A DNA stretch of 64,000 bases, from IMG/VR virus record IMGVR_UViG_3300025141_000021; one strand, given 5' to 3'. The notes under the pieces were generated by a model, which saw nothing but the letters and a program-made list of their open reading frames with translations, searched no databases and was not told the origin of the DNA. The position numbers and the translations under genes were made by a program. This stretch comes from a virus. Shown here in pieces: positions 45,101 to 51,928 of this stretch (position 1 is its first letter; every line of letters begins with the position of its first letter).

Positions 45101-48067
45101 TAAGAAATAAGCTCCAGAAAGGTCATCAACCGAGCCGGTTAAGATAAACTCATTTTGTACAACACCCGCTTCAGTGTTAACGCCATAAAATTCAATACTA
45201 TAGTCACTAGTTAGGGCTCCACCAGATGCCGATCTATTCGGAGCCACCTTTTTTGGCCGCAGCGTTACTGCAAAATTCCATTTTGTGTTATCATATGTTC
45301 GCGGGTAAAGGCTTGTTGTTAGGGCGGTAAAGCTAGCAAGGGCTCCGGTTACCGGATTTGATGCGCTTAGCATAAACCGAACATTGTTTGATTCCACATT
45401 TTCCTTTAGTGCATAAACTTGGAAGTTTGCATAATCATGGCCGCCGTCTCGATTTGTATGCCACGTTGTATCGGTAGTATCATCTGGTGTTTTGGCTGCG
45501 CCGGCGATGTGAGCAGGGACATGTAGGCCGAATAAGGAGGCAGTTGTAAATGATACGCCATAATGTCCTGCAGACGTTTTCGATGCCTGTTTTGGAAATA
45601 CTACTTCCGCTTCAACAGTCATTCCCGCATCGTCTTCAACACCGGGAACGTCAAGGCCCCCAGCGCCGGAACCGGAAATATATCCTCTAGAATTTGAGTT
45701 GCTGGTATCTTTTGCCTGGTATACGGTTGCGCCAAAACTTCCAGTATTGTTAAAATCTAGATAAGTTTTTCTCGTTGTAGTTGTCCGATAGTTATCTCTA
45801 AACTCATATGTAATGTGGTCTGCGTAAAGACTAAGCTTAATTAATTCGTCACTTACGCCGAAACATCTTATAAGATTTCGAAATGATTTTTCAGTGCCTT
45901 TAGACTTATAAATGTAATTGAGGTTGTTATATATGTTCTGATAAATCAGATTTTTAATATTATGAAGGTCGTCATCGAATTCTATGTTTTCGTTTCTAGA
46001 CGATAGTTGTTCTAATATACCGGCCTCGACAAAAATCTCTGGTGTTGTCATACCTGCAGATTCTAAAAGCCTATTATTAAACGGTAGAGGTTTTGCACTA
46101 CCAGTGGCTACATATCGATATGTTGTATCTTTTATCTGTGGAAGACTTTCAATTTGAAGATATAGTGTGTCTAAATATGCGGACAATATTTGTACTAAAT
46201 TGTATAATTGATTATGTTCGTCATCCCTATCCTCTTCTATAATCCAGGTTGGAAGAGAATAATACATACTAGCATTATTATTAATATCGTGTATTGATCC
46301 CGAGTTCTTCATCTCGGCAGTAAATGTTTGTATTAATGGGTTTTCGCGACGGACGATTGGATCTTTATATTCTGTGCTGGCACTAGCTTCGTTAATAGCT
46401 GAACCGGTTGCACGTGAACTTGAATTATACCCAGTCCACGCTCCGTTTGATATACGACCAGCATAATCTAATACAACCGAATCGGTTGTGCTGTCTTCTA
46501 CAATACCTTCGTTAAATTTATAATAAACGCCCAAATCTACGTTTGCGTCTATTTCGTTGGTTCCACCGTTTACTTGTGAGAACCAATGGCGACCTATATC
46601 TTTTGAAGTTCTCTTTACTTTCCAATATCTAAATTCATCAAGCGAAGCGGACAATTTTCCATCGCCTTCGTTAATATGCTGCATGACACCGTTGGCGCCA
46701 GAAGGAGCAACTCGCAAAGCACCAATATTTGCTATTAAAGATCCGGTTACTTCTCCGAGCGTTGTACCGGCTGAAATAGTTAATTCCTGATTAAGTGCAC
46801 CAGTAACATAAAATTTCGAAATTATGTTATTACCTGATGCAATAAACGAAAAAGCGTAATGATGCCAGTTATCATCTGCAACAGAAGCAGAATTAATTGT
46901 TGTTCCAATTACTTGATTTGAAAATCCTTTTGATCCAGACTGCAGCGTTACTCTAAACGGAGATTCGTCAACGTTAGTACCACTTAATTCAATTGTAAAG
47001 CGCCCGTAGCCCGAACTAGAGGAAGCCTCTCCGTTCCAAAGATCAAATATAACCTCTTTCTGGGTTGTACCAGTGGCAAAAGCTGCTTTTTTCAACCAAA
47101 ACTCTACAGTAGATCCACCCGCTTCACGTGTTACTGCGCCAACAGATCCTGTTTCTAAACTACTGCTAAATCTTAATCTTAAGTTTGAAGCTCTATTCAG
47201 TTTTGAGTCATATATATTTGCACCAATTCGAGTGCCTGATGGGCCGGCATGTGGTCCACCTTTGACTTGAATATATTCTTTTGTGGTTGGCCGGCCATAG
47301 CCACCCTGGAAGGCGGCGCCGCCTGTGAATGCAGTGGTATCACCGGTTACATTGTTCATATTAGTAACAATTGCTGTATTGCCTGCTGCTCCAGCAGTAT
47401 CCATAGTAAGTAAAACTACCCCCGAGGATGGGTTTGTTGCAGTTATGCCTAAAGTAGCTTCACCATTAACTTCAGAAGCTAATTCAGTTGCAATGCCGGC
47501 GCCACTATTAGCAGCAGGATCCAGAGCTACTGCGCCTGCTGTAGCTACGCCATCATTATGATTGTCAACTTCAAAGGTTATTGAAGTACCATCAGCATCT
47601 ATAAGCGTTATTACTCTTTCTTCATTCGGCTTATCGCTGAATGTAAGGGTTGCAGTAGCTTTGCCGTTGGCAGCTGCGTTGGAGCCCCAGGATTGACTTA
47701 ATTGCGTTGTCCAACCAGTGGGCGAGAACAGAGCATATCCCGTTGTTCTTGGATATCTATGCTCGAATATATATTTGTCTAGATAAGATGAAGAATTATG
47801 CCAGACCAGCTTTTCATATTTTGAACCATCATATGGATATGTAACATAAATTCTTTTGATAGAATCGGCATAATACTGTTCTGCAGAGCCAAATTTTGCA
47901 AAGTTTTCAGGTTTTGAAAAGTCTACAGCCGGTAAAAACCGTTCTCTGTCAATAACTGCGGCTTCAACATATTCGGTTGCTTCAATTTCAGAACCAACCG
48001 AATCGTTGCTTTTCGCACTAGTGCTTTTTTTAACTTCTTGATTATCAAAAAGTTTCTTAATACTCAT
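36107..48067 (-). CDS. Giant virion/baseplate protein with about four LamG (ConA-like) domains
   Basis: 3986 aa. TVEFW..WHHYAF..LDEFRYW, KWNFAVT..ISSIRYW, FSISMW..WQHVVVTY..DFAVWSKALS, WTHFLIT..NFVIFNKALS. Confidence 0.8.
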   Translation of the reverse strand: MSIKKLFDNQEVKKSTSAKSNDSVGSEIEATEYVEAAVIDRERFLPAVDFSKPENFAKFGSAEQYYADSIKRIYVTYPYDGSKYEKLVWHNSSSYLDKYIFEHRYPRTTGYALFSPTGWTTQLSQSWGSNAAANGKATATLTFSDKPNEERVITLIDADGTSITFEVDNHNDGVATAGAVALDPAANSGAGIATELASEVNGEATLGITATNPSSGVVLLTMDTAGAAGNTAIVTNMNNVTGDTTAFTGGAAFQGGYGRPTTKEYIQVKGGPHAGPSGTRIGANIYDSKLNRASNLRLRFSSSLETGSVGAVTREAGGSTVEFWLKKAAFATGTTQKEVIFDLWNGEASSSSGYGRFTIELSGTNVDESPFRVTLQSGSKGFSNQVIGTTINSASVADDNWHHYAFSFIASGNNIISKFYVTGALNQELTISAGTTLGEVTGSLIANIGALRVAPSGANGVMQHINEGDGKLSASLDEFRYWKVKRTSKDIGRHWFSQVNGGTNEIDANVDLGVYYKFNEGIVEDSTTDSVVLDYAGRISNGAWTGYNSSSRATGSAINEASASTEYKDPIVRRENPLIQTFTAEMKNSGSIHDINNNASMYYSLPTWIIEEDRDDEHNQLYNLVQILSAYLDTLYLQIESLPQIKDTTYRYVATGSAKPLPFNNRLLESAGMTTPEIFVEAGILEQLSSRNENIEFDDDLHNIKNLIYQNIYNNLNYIYKSKGTEKSFRNLIRCFGVSDELIKLSLYADHITYEFRDNYRTTTTRKTYLDFNNTGSFGATVYQAKDTSNSNSRGYISGSGAGGLDVPGVEDDAGMTVEAEVVFPKQASKTSAGHYGVSFTTASLFGLHVPAHIAGAAKTPDDTTDTTWHTNRDGGHDYANFQVYALKENVESNNVRFMLSASNPVTGALASFTALTTSLYPRTYDNTKWNFAVTLRPKKVAPNRSASGGALTSDYSIEFYGVNTEAGVVQNEFILTGSVDDLSGAYFLRSNKKIYAGAHRTNFTGTALSNTDTKISSIRYWTTALSGNVIRAHSRDPANFGTDHPYRSAYLLENNIQGSSWGGTYGQVPEMETLALHWNFEQLTGSDSSGKFTAVDYSSGSSTIASERYNWAGAVAKYQHTAEGYGFPESAVAGVLDRDYIDTQRLQLPENLYSNDTISLLDRNDEISTRDSRPVHLSFAFEKSFYQTISEEILNFFASVLDFNNLVGEPINRYRGEYKDLAKLRQLFFERIGNTPDLDKYLTYYQWVDDTLSKMLEQLIPASANFAKNLRNVVESHILERNIYKTKFPTMEGMSSDREIAVDIGSTSFFDWNNFHQPVQEEIAYGSPYGNISAEDVEWVQPLPGPPTVKSKAAGNAGVEYVFGEFQPPPFDPLQAQPMSTGFVRLVSDIAEFGSSVRITPGQENSSMSKQVQNLRRIKRNKTFSIDRRSGKLEAVGTGAETKPEGKGNRRKSRRTEDGVEYSISYNNELAKGIKHKFYSDMSHGPGVIGLSPNKTMMIAQPDRSAPQRRVRGISRKLSGLHAGTNYAINKNRDYVINSVQPHGPTGLGSGESSTIPANIQISFASDVDTGRQSELWIHPNEKRRLAFGSAASRNFPGLDVHNEGLSYESGKGELIVPFSLYSSSVKTGYNRAVVDGFLSGTEITNLHSDTYANQNEIPMQGPFTERYVGGRQHRHIEINTGSDDISNRPEAWLLLFGTIEQKVGGAMSGQSARSGAIAFVSADYPYPDAPKLANGRYDTSQPSFPLIVHRPRAIYTRPEYAKRPVNIRNIQQATSSGPGTALRTKIGNYTRNYEIVQTSGRSINDPFFRDQSFTFATSSEALGTRGRLPAETPDHKSLLFDGSNDFVNIGLGSAWDPVIGGGDTSGNSAVASVAAFSISMWVYPTTIGDTYPYFFAFGNQRRYLQTWGSGWPDTIRFGIRGYGGVSTTDSATNAIVADTWQHVVVTYEGGHAGDMKIYIDGSQSGTGGSAGSTVYDIPDGELCTIGSYYDGDDNWPGNMCDFAVWSKALSANEIKEVYNNGRRHNLKALGFVKNLHAWWKMGDDSGDTYNGAIHDQMGRFHGTSGASAITVKSPPVIGGTTENLSGNLDYELPQRTGSASNKSIIVERFSAPGGYKINSRGYLDPAHEEFSAYNAYPWRNMSVRGSGSGETGSLRVFDHLGKRRGLRTLLSDHSHKFGADATYGSTLWYDYVAYPSFHKVHRNTRRRLEFNGTASYRDEWQDDTNTVTTGTVYDNWFVQRPIPQSDLQYAWITASAEEATLGYATSSSDITFQSASAVTVGTNFSSRCVTFNSGNTANENVDVRIAGADGTWAHALTGAIFLGTAAKWNNLIAGGTGSFTIGGYYYLTENYYLHRYGGNKGRDNAVLWVLGRNYKLMTNSAHDFSIYYREQGSGSYQAEGSNRFPQSMNFAVGDSKWSQFKEGTGLEAGHWTHFLITVNENRGYGSDPAVQAYYKDSAAVSPTMEGTQNFVAHHGTGITMSDHGQGCFIGNLTGSRRAGSAENDAGGEAEYGELNMSGSVSNFVIFNKALSADEVSELYNDGSPFDYTKHSAADNLVAWWPLGDGYDINNPSNRDSTDGSGAGSWDVHPVSGSPGNIFYDMSGNGHHAVPNGALRSDATVSGSGGGIQEGFHGGNLRQVNFSGSMLVAREKFGKIGRADLNQKDIFNDSVGLNTIIYEPISGSAATLGYPLAHGTPGASLTYYENTSSFERQKIRPLSSLAVSHSGTLNMRSPTWRLGQNNKPIIREEDLLNSVLIHRNGPYQYPSWKQIRTGEHPVARWQRRNNVIGVMETPVVIVNRNNVHTKKLRPGVAHYSESVVVSKFKPLIHVITNGGNSFALKHTYANNLVKFDNIDLNNRLGISDCGSKQSLHELVELSNTGRATVNGILYSETIFPRQISAHKARSRGRLTFDVSYWHNERGGGAGLNWTGSQDRSEINIDKRGQANLRTPSRSRIYHTNSMGYTHLTQSIWPLDARINFNTSSHLWGGIVSKTVAATSWRSGSHDTVGNAGGSTRGSSYAGGIESNPAQGRTGKSYFNELSHSQDGAGELQNNYTFYMSSGSHSASLPGHKKFAVGPVYARRVPSGTLANPDVFVGDALWEAGDQAKKYPFWAKDYAEYAEEMRAFTRGQGHPYAIVPEFRISEHMEFYVVEQGGNFMADTENRNTAPKGAKIQSIQLGGPQGMLTLTGSQLSSSLESEFYKVYSHTDFLEHFGDIGEQHKNTHAPSGIALECKALLKFLPYDGFYPALRTMQLATLLSKSYGHQLVTTASRATAPSAGHPRTFYAPFIAPGILYNTIKSGIAVDYPIATKASGALGEEALETIIFSGSMAEYSVGGDGNEARLLKHSGIGTGMIATVGFDQRLPFEAILAPERYLAAPFICDVEPHPSSTLGRLTPIVKLGYGAGKIVDHRPDKNHVGVGNLAPKPLYSMAMHNFLAESMDFFLKDGRATTFVSRPSSDLVEAIGGTTYSMRLYMSRNKDTVMYDRESAFGPPCGTDAPGIANAGPGTQGITYSPFSPPWFHATGSGAEISAGGLGAQGKVQTWTQIDFSPDESKRYSISEILASSSITVQERVVDIKSQTGFWDQRMKLTASINFFEKAKINATQFEALTGRPATVSDDPSTPIEAWVIQSKYETPVLNFANVDQTMGFDPNENSALTASRGMWHQYGQLCTGSEGIWMQLKDVKHGGASGSLVDLVGFPDEPQRIGQIADEKIIREAVVAIPFIEEGRRRNFFTIKRKNLKIALGEEPLPAGETISKSTKDMLEKMQRYVFPPRLDFLTNRRIPPFAMYIFEFEHTLSKQDLADIWQNLPPDIGKDFEDRGTSDQAAEAVVDHPLFEREFFGETGVPCRLQWMVFKVKQKAKKNYFAKTADTRDDSRFKFNFRLGEGADAASQRDVVPNYSFNWPYDYFSLVELIKIDAEISFEPIENPVRTAGRGPAPESGEPLVDEDGTINEREGRRRRRREGLSTLKEKSPSRTADDE

Positions 48068-48069
48068 AA

Positions 48070-49644
48070 TTAATCAACTCTAAACTTAAAAACATCTGGT
48101 TGCTCGACCCAATCGCCTATTGCGCCATTATAATAAGCAAATTTTATCCCATATGCGTAACCAGATTCTAGCATTGCCATATCAAAATCAAAATAGCTCC
48201 CACTAACATCAAAAGATAATTGAGTATGAAGATCGCTTCCTGTCCCATATTGTACAACAACTAGATCGTCGACAACTCTTCTAATACTATACGAGCCGCT
48301 TTCTATGATTGAGCTTTTAACTTCACTCGTAGCTACGTTGTATATGGTTGGGCTCCAGTCCTTTTTGCGTGAAAAGAGTCTAAGCCTTGCAGTTTCTTCT
48401 CTAGTATACGCATCCTTTAAATTTGTAATTGATGTGACATATCTTTGACTTGGATTGGTATTTGAAGAATCCAAAGTAATGGGCGAAATAACTCCTGTGT
48501 GATATTGGGTTGTTCCGCTGGACCATACATCAAAAAGTTTAGTTAGTGGCGTAGCCGCGGCAGTCATTGCTATTGAGGCCGAATAAACTCCAGTTGCAAC
48601 CCAGCCACCAGTTGCCGGTTGGTTGACTACCGGAACATCACCCCCAACAGACATAACCAATGCTGCACCTGAAGGTGGAAATTTGTTTCCGGAGGAGCCA
48701 GAATATAAATTAACATAAATTGGTGAGCCGGCAGCAATACCGGGGATGTCCCTAAATTGACCGCGGATATAATTGTATAAATAAAGAGTATTCAAATTAT
48801 CAGTTGGAGGGGCCAGAGAACTACTGTAATAAAAACTGCTTCGATCATCTTTCTTTGTAGAATCCCAACGAGCTTCGATGAGGGGCCTCTTAAAAAAGAA
48901 CTCTGTTGATTTACCAAAAAACTTCTTTGTATAATACGAGTACTTTGACCCCGCTGCATTATGTGGCACAGAACCAGAAGCTGTTCCCGTCGATGCTGAG
49001 AAATAAGCCTCTTGACTTGATGTAACATAAATTCCAACACCATAATTTGCTTTTGAGCCTAAATTGGCAGTATCCGTTGGCGATATTGCTGTTGAAGCAG
49101 AAAGCCATTGTTCGACAAGCTGAGTTATGTTTAGCTCTAAATCTTCATTTCCTTTGTCAAACGATATTGTAAATGATGAAGACGCATCGGTATAATAATC
49201 CCCCCCAACAGAAGTCCACGCAGTTCCACTCGTATAATTAATCCAATTGGAACCAGTAGCATTGTGTGTTTCATCCGTATACTCGTCCATATCCATTCCA
49301 TGGCCTTCGTCCCACGAACCCGAAGCAATTGCCGACACAACCAATTTTAAATTACGTGGCAAAGTTTCAGCATGTCGTGCGTTGAACATGCGTAAATAAA
49401 AGTTAACACTTCCGCTGCCTGGAATTACGCTATTGCTGCGATCTGTTGTTATATCACTAACTGGAAATTTAATTAAAATTCTAGATAATTCAGTTGAGCC
49501 CGAAGACGCTTGAGCATAAATCGAAAACGTCTCAAGGACATCGGCGCCGCCCATATTTGAGCCAGTTGCCCGAGTCGATAAATCGGTCTTATAAGCATTT
49601 GTGATTGTATTATCTTTTGTTGCGATATAACGTTTAATTGCCAT
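48070..49644 (-). CDS. Virion protein with DNRLRE/CBM96-like N-terminal domain
   Basis: 524 aa. ATKDNTI, SRILIKF, YLRMFNA, WDEG.G pattern. Confidence 0.55.
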   Translation of the reverse strand: MAIKRYIATKDNTITNAYKTDLSTRATGSNMGGADVLETFSIYAQASSGSTELSRILIKFPVSDITTDRSNSVIPGSGSVNFYLRMFNARHAETLPRNLKLVVSAIASGSWDEGHGMDMDEYTDETHNATGSNWINYTSGTAWTSVGGDYYTDASSSFTISFDKGNEDLELNITQLVEQWLSASTAISPTDTANLGSKANYGVGIYVTSSQEAYFSASTGTASGSVPHNAAGSKYSYYTKKFFGKSTEFFFKRPLIEARWDSTKKDDRSSFYYSSSLAPPTDNLNTLYLYNYIRGQFRDIPGIAAGSPIYVNLYSGSSGNKFPPSGAALVMSVGGDVPVVNQPATGGWVATGVYSASIAMTAAATPLTKLFDVWSSGTTQYHTGVISPITLDSSNTNPSQRYVTSITNLKDAYTREETARLRLFSRKKDWSPTIYNVATSEVKSSIIESGSYSIRRVVDDLVVVQYGTGSDLHTQLSFDVSGSYFDFDMAMLESGYAYGIKFAYYNGAIGDWVEQPDVFKFRVD

Positions 49645-51434
49645 TAGTTAACACTACCTTTAATATCGATATCGGGAAATTTAATTTCTAAAACAACATT
49701 TTCGGGAACAGAAATTCCTCTTCCATCTGAAGAAGTTTGTTCATCTAAATTAATTGTAACACTAGAATAATTCGCTCCGCGCTTTTGTACAACCTTGACA
49801 TCAACAGCGTCTGTAACACCAATAGTCTTGTTTAATATGCTATAGATTTTAGATATTGAAAACGGTTCCCCTATATCCATGTGCCTAGATAATTCTATTT
49901 TAAGGTTATTGGCGGCATTGTTTAAAACTGTAAATCTATTGCGCTCAGCATCAACAACAATAACAAAATCAATTCCAATATTTATAATCTTTGCATCAAG
50001 AATATCAATTGTGTCATGAATCATCTTATTTTTGGTAAGCCAAACTTTCAAATTTCTCTTTATTGTGTCGTTTGTCCTTGCTAGGGTACCGCTGGATCCT
50101 TCTGAAACAACATATAAATTTAAATTTCTTTTCAATACAGCATTGTCTCTAAAAATATTGCATCTTTTGATCGATCCAAATTGTGATGGCATGGCATAAG
50201 TCAGGCTCTTGTAATCTTGTTTTGTTACAGCGCGATTTTGAGCCGCGAACGCGCCGGCGGCCCTTAATTTAATTTCTTCAATATTTGGTATACCTGAATC
50301 ACCAGTAATTGTTTCTTCGTTTGTCACCTCTAACGAAGCGGCCGCTTCGATTCTTTTTGATGCCTCTAGCGAGGATGGGTTTTCAAATTCTATTATTGGT
50401 CGGACTATATCTGTAAGAGTGCCTACCGGAGCAGTAACGCTATCTCCCACGTTTGAGCGGTATACGATTGTTAATTCTGTATTTGATGGAGAAACACCAA
50501 GTTTATCAGTTTTAAGCAATTTTACTGGATCAAAGGTTTCATCTGTGATATGTGTCTTCCCATGGATATTGAGTGCGACATTGCTTGGCTCTGCTAGCGC
50601 TTCGGTGACTAATTCTGAATCTGAACCAAACCCAAACTGCAAAAATGCTTTACCTCTTTCTCTTTCAACAATAAACCTTCTTGGGGCAATTGATGGTTTT
50701 AAAAGGGACTTAACGAAAGTTTTATCCGAATTCTTATTAATAATCTCTTTATAAATAACATCTTGCGAAAGATAGTCCACTTCATAATATTCATTTCCTG
50801 CAGCATCAACAACTGAAATTATTTCAGAAATGTTACTCGCTGGGACTTCAAGGCGAAGAAATTTTCGAAATTCCCCAACTTCAACTTGCACTCTGGCCAA
50901 TTGTCCTGATATTATTTGGCCAAAAGCCTTAATTGCATAATGTGTCGGATTGCCTGTGTCTGAATTAGCTTTTGCCACAACAACTTCATTGTTCGCATTA
51001 GCAAAATCTACATTTTCAGCTAGCGTAAAAACATTTCCACCCGTGGTTGCAAGTTCACTACCCTGCAGTAATGTTGGTGCATATATTAATTGTGGACCGC
51101 CAACTGGATCGGCTGGGACGATTATATAAAAAGTGGCTGTTCCATATGACGATGGCGCGCCTTTAAGTCTATAGCCCATTTGTCGAGCTATCCTAATAAC
51201 ATTATTATATTCTACTGCTGTGTCTAAAAATGATTCATTGGCTTGATAATCTACGTAAAATGATAAGATATCTCCAACGTAAGCAACAGTGTCAAGCATT
51301 AAAGAGCCAAAGCCGGCTTCATTAAAATCTCGAAACGTATCGGGATAATATCTTTTTGCATGTCCAACTAAATCTTCTTTAATGGATGCAAAGTCTCTGC
51401 TAGTATACCTAATCGGCACTAATTTTTTGGCCAT
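49644..51434 (-). CDS. Baseplate wedge protein, T4 gp6-like
   Basis: YTSRDFASIK...LDTVAYVGDILSFYVDYQANESFLDTA, RAVTKQDY. Confidence 0.9.
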   Translation of the reverse strand: MAKKLVPIRYTSRDFASIKEDLVGHAKRYYPDTFRDFNEAGFGSLMLDTVAYVGDILSFYVDYQANESFLDTAVEYNNVIRIARQMGYRLKGAPSSYGTATFYIIVPADPVGGPQLIYAPTLLQGSELATTGGNVFTLAENVDFANANNEVVVAKANSDTGNPTHYAIKAFGQIISGQLARVQVEVGEFRKFLRLEVPASNISEIISVVDAAGNEYYEVDYLSQDVIYKEIINKNSDKTFVKSLLKPSIAPRRFIVERERGKAFLQFGFGSDSELVTEALAEPSNVALNIHGKTHITDETFDPVKLLKTDKLGVSPSNTELTIVYRSNVGDSVTAPVGTLTDIVRPIIEFENPSSLEASKRIEAAASLEVTNEETITGDSGIPNIEEIKLRAAGAFAAQNRAVTKQDYKSLTYAMPSQFGSIKRCNIFRDNAVLKRNLNLYVVSEGSSGTLARTNDTIKRNLKVWLTKNKMIHDTIDILDAKIINIGIDFVIVVDAERNRFTVLNNAANNLKIELSRHMDIGEPFSISKIYSILNKTIGVTDAVDVKVVQKRGANYSSVTINLDEQTSSDGRGISVPENVVLEIKFPDIDIKGSVN

Positions 51435-51457
51435 TTTTTATAAACCTCTTTGTTTTT

Positions 51458-51465
51458 TAATTAGT
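51458..51465 (-). promoter_or_regulatory. ACTAATTA motif upstream of gp6
   Basis: 23 nt upstream of ATG 51434; SD GAGGT lies between. Confidence 0.5.
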
Positions 51466-51482
51466 TTGGTAATTGATTAATT

Positions 51483-51890
51483 TTATTCATCAACTTCGCT
51501 TATTGAAACAAAATTCTGCTCAACAACTTCATCGAGGGGTAAAATAGCATATCTTATCGTCATTCCTAGATAATTTTGGTCAACAACAGATGGATCATCA
51601 GCAACTGAGCGAAAGAAAATTTCTTGCACACTAACAAACGGAAGATATTTTTTAGCCTGTTGTTGAACCGATTCTATAATTTTGCCGCGAGTAATACTGG
51701 TATCAAGCTCAAATAAAAAACCATGAAGGCCAACCCCGAATGTCGGATCCATAATTCGTTCACCAGGATTTGTTAAAATTAAATTCTTCATATTTTGTTT
51801 AACAAGTTCGCGATATGTTTTATTAAGCCCATATGCGCCATCTGTTGGCGTAATCTGTAGTGGTAATTTTGGCGAAAGTCCTGTAGCCAT
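51483..51890 (-). CDS. Baseplate wedge protein, T4 gp25-like
   Basis: KQNMKNLILTNPGERIMDPTFGVGL. SD AGGAGGG at 51897-51903. Confidence 0.9.
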   Translation of the reverse strand: MATGLSPKLPLQITPTDGAYGLNKTYRELVKQNMKNLILTNPGERIMDPTFGVGLHGFLFELDTSITRGKIIESVQQQAKKYLPFVSVQEIFFRSVADDPSVVDQNYLGMTIRYAILPLDEVVEQNFVSISEVDE

Positions 51891-51928
51891 TTAATACCCT
51901 CCTGTAATATATATTAAGCACATGAAGA

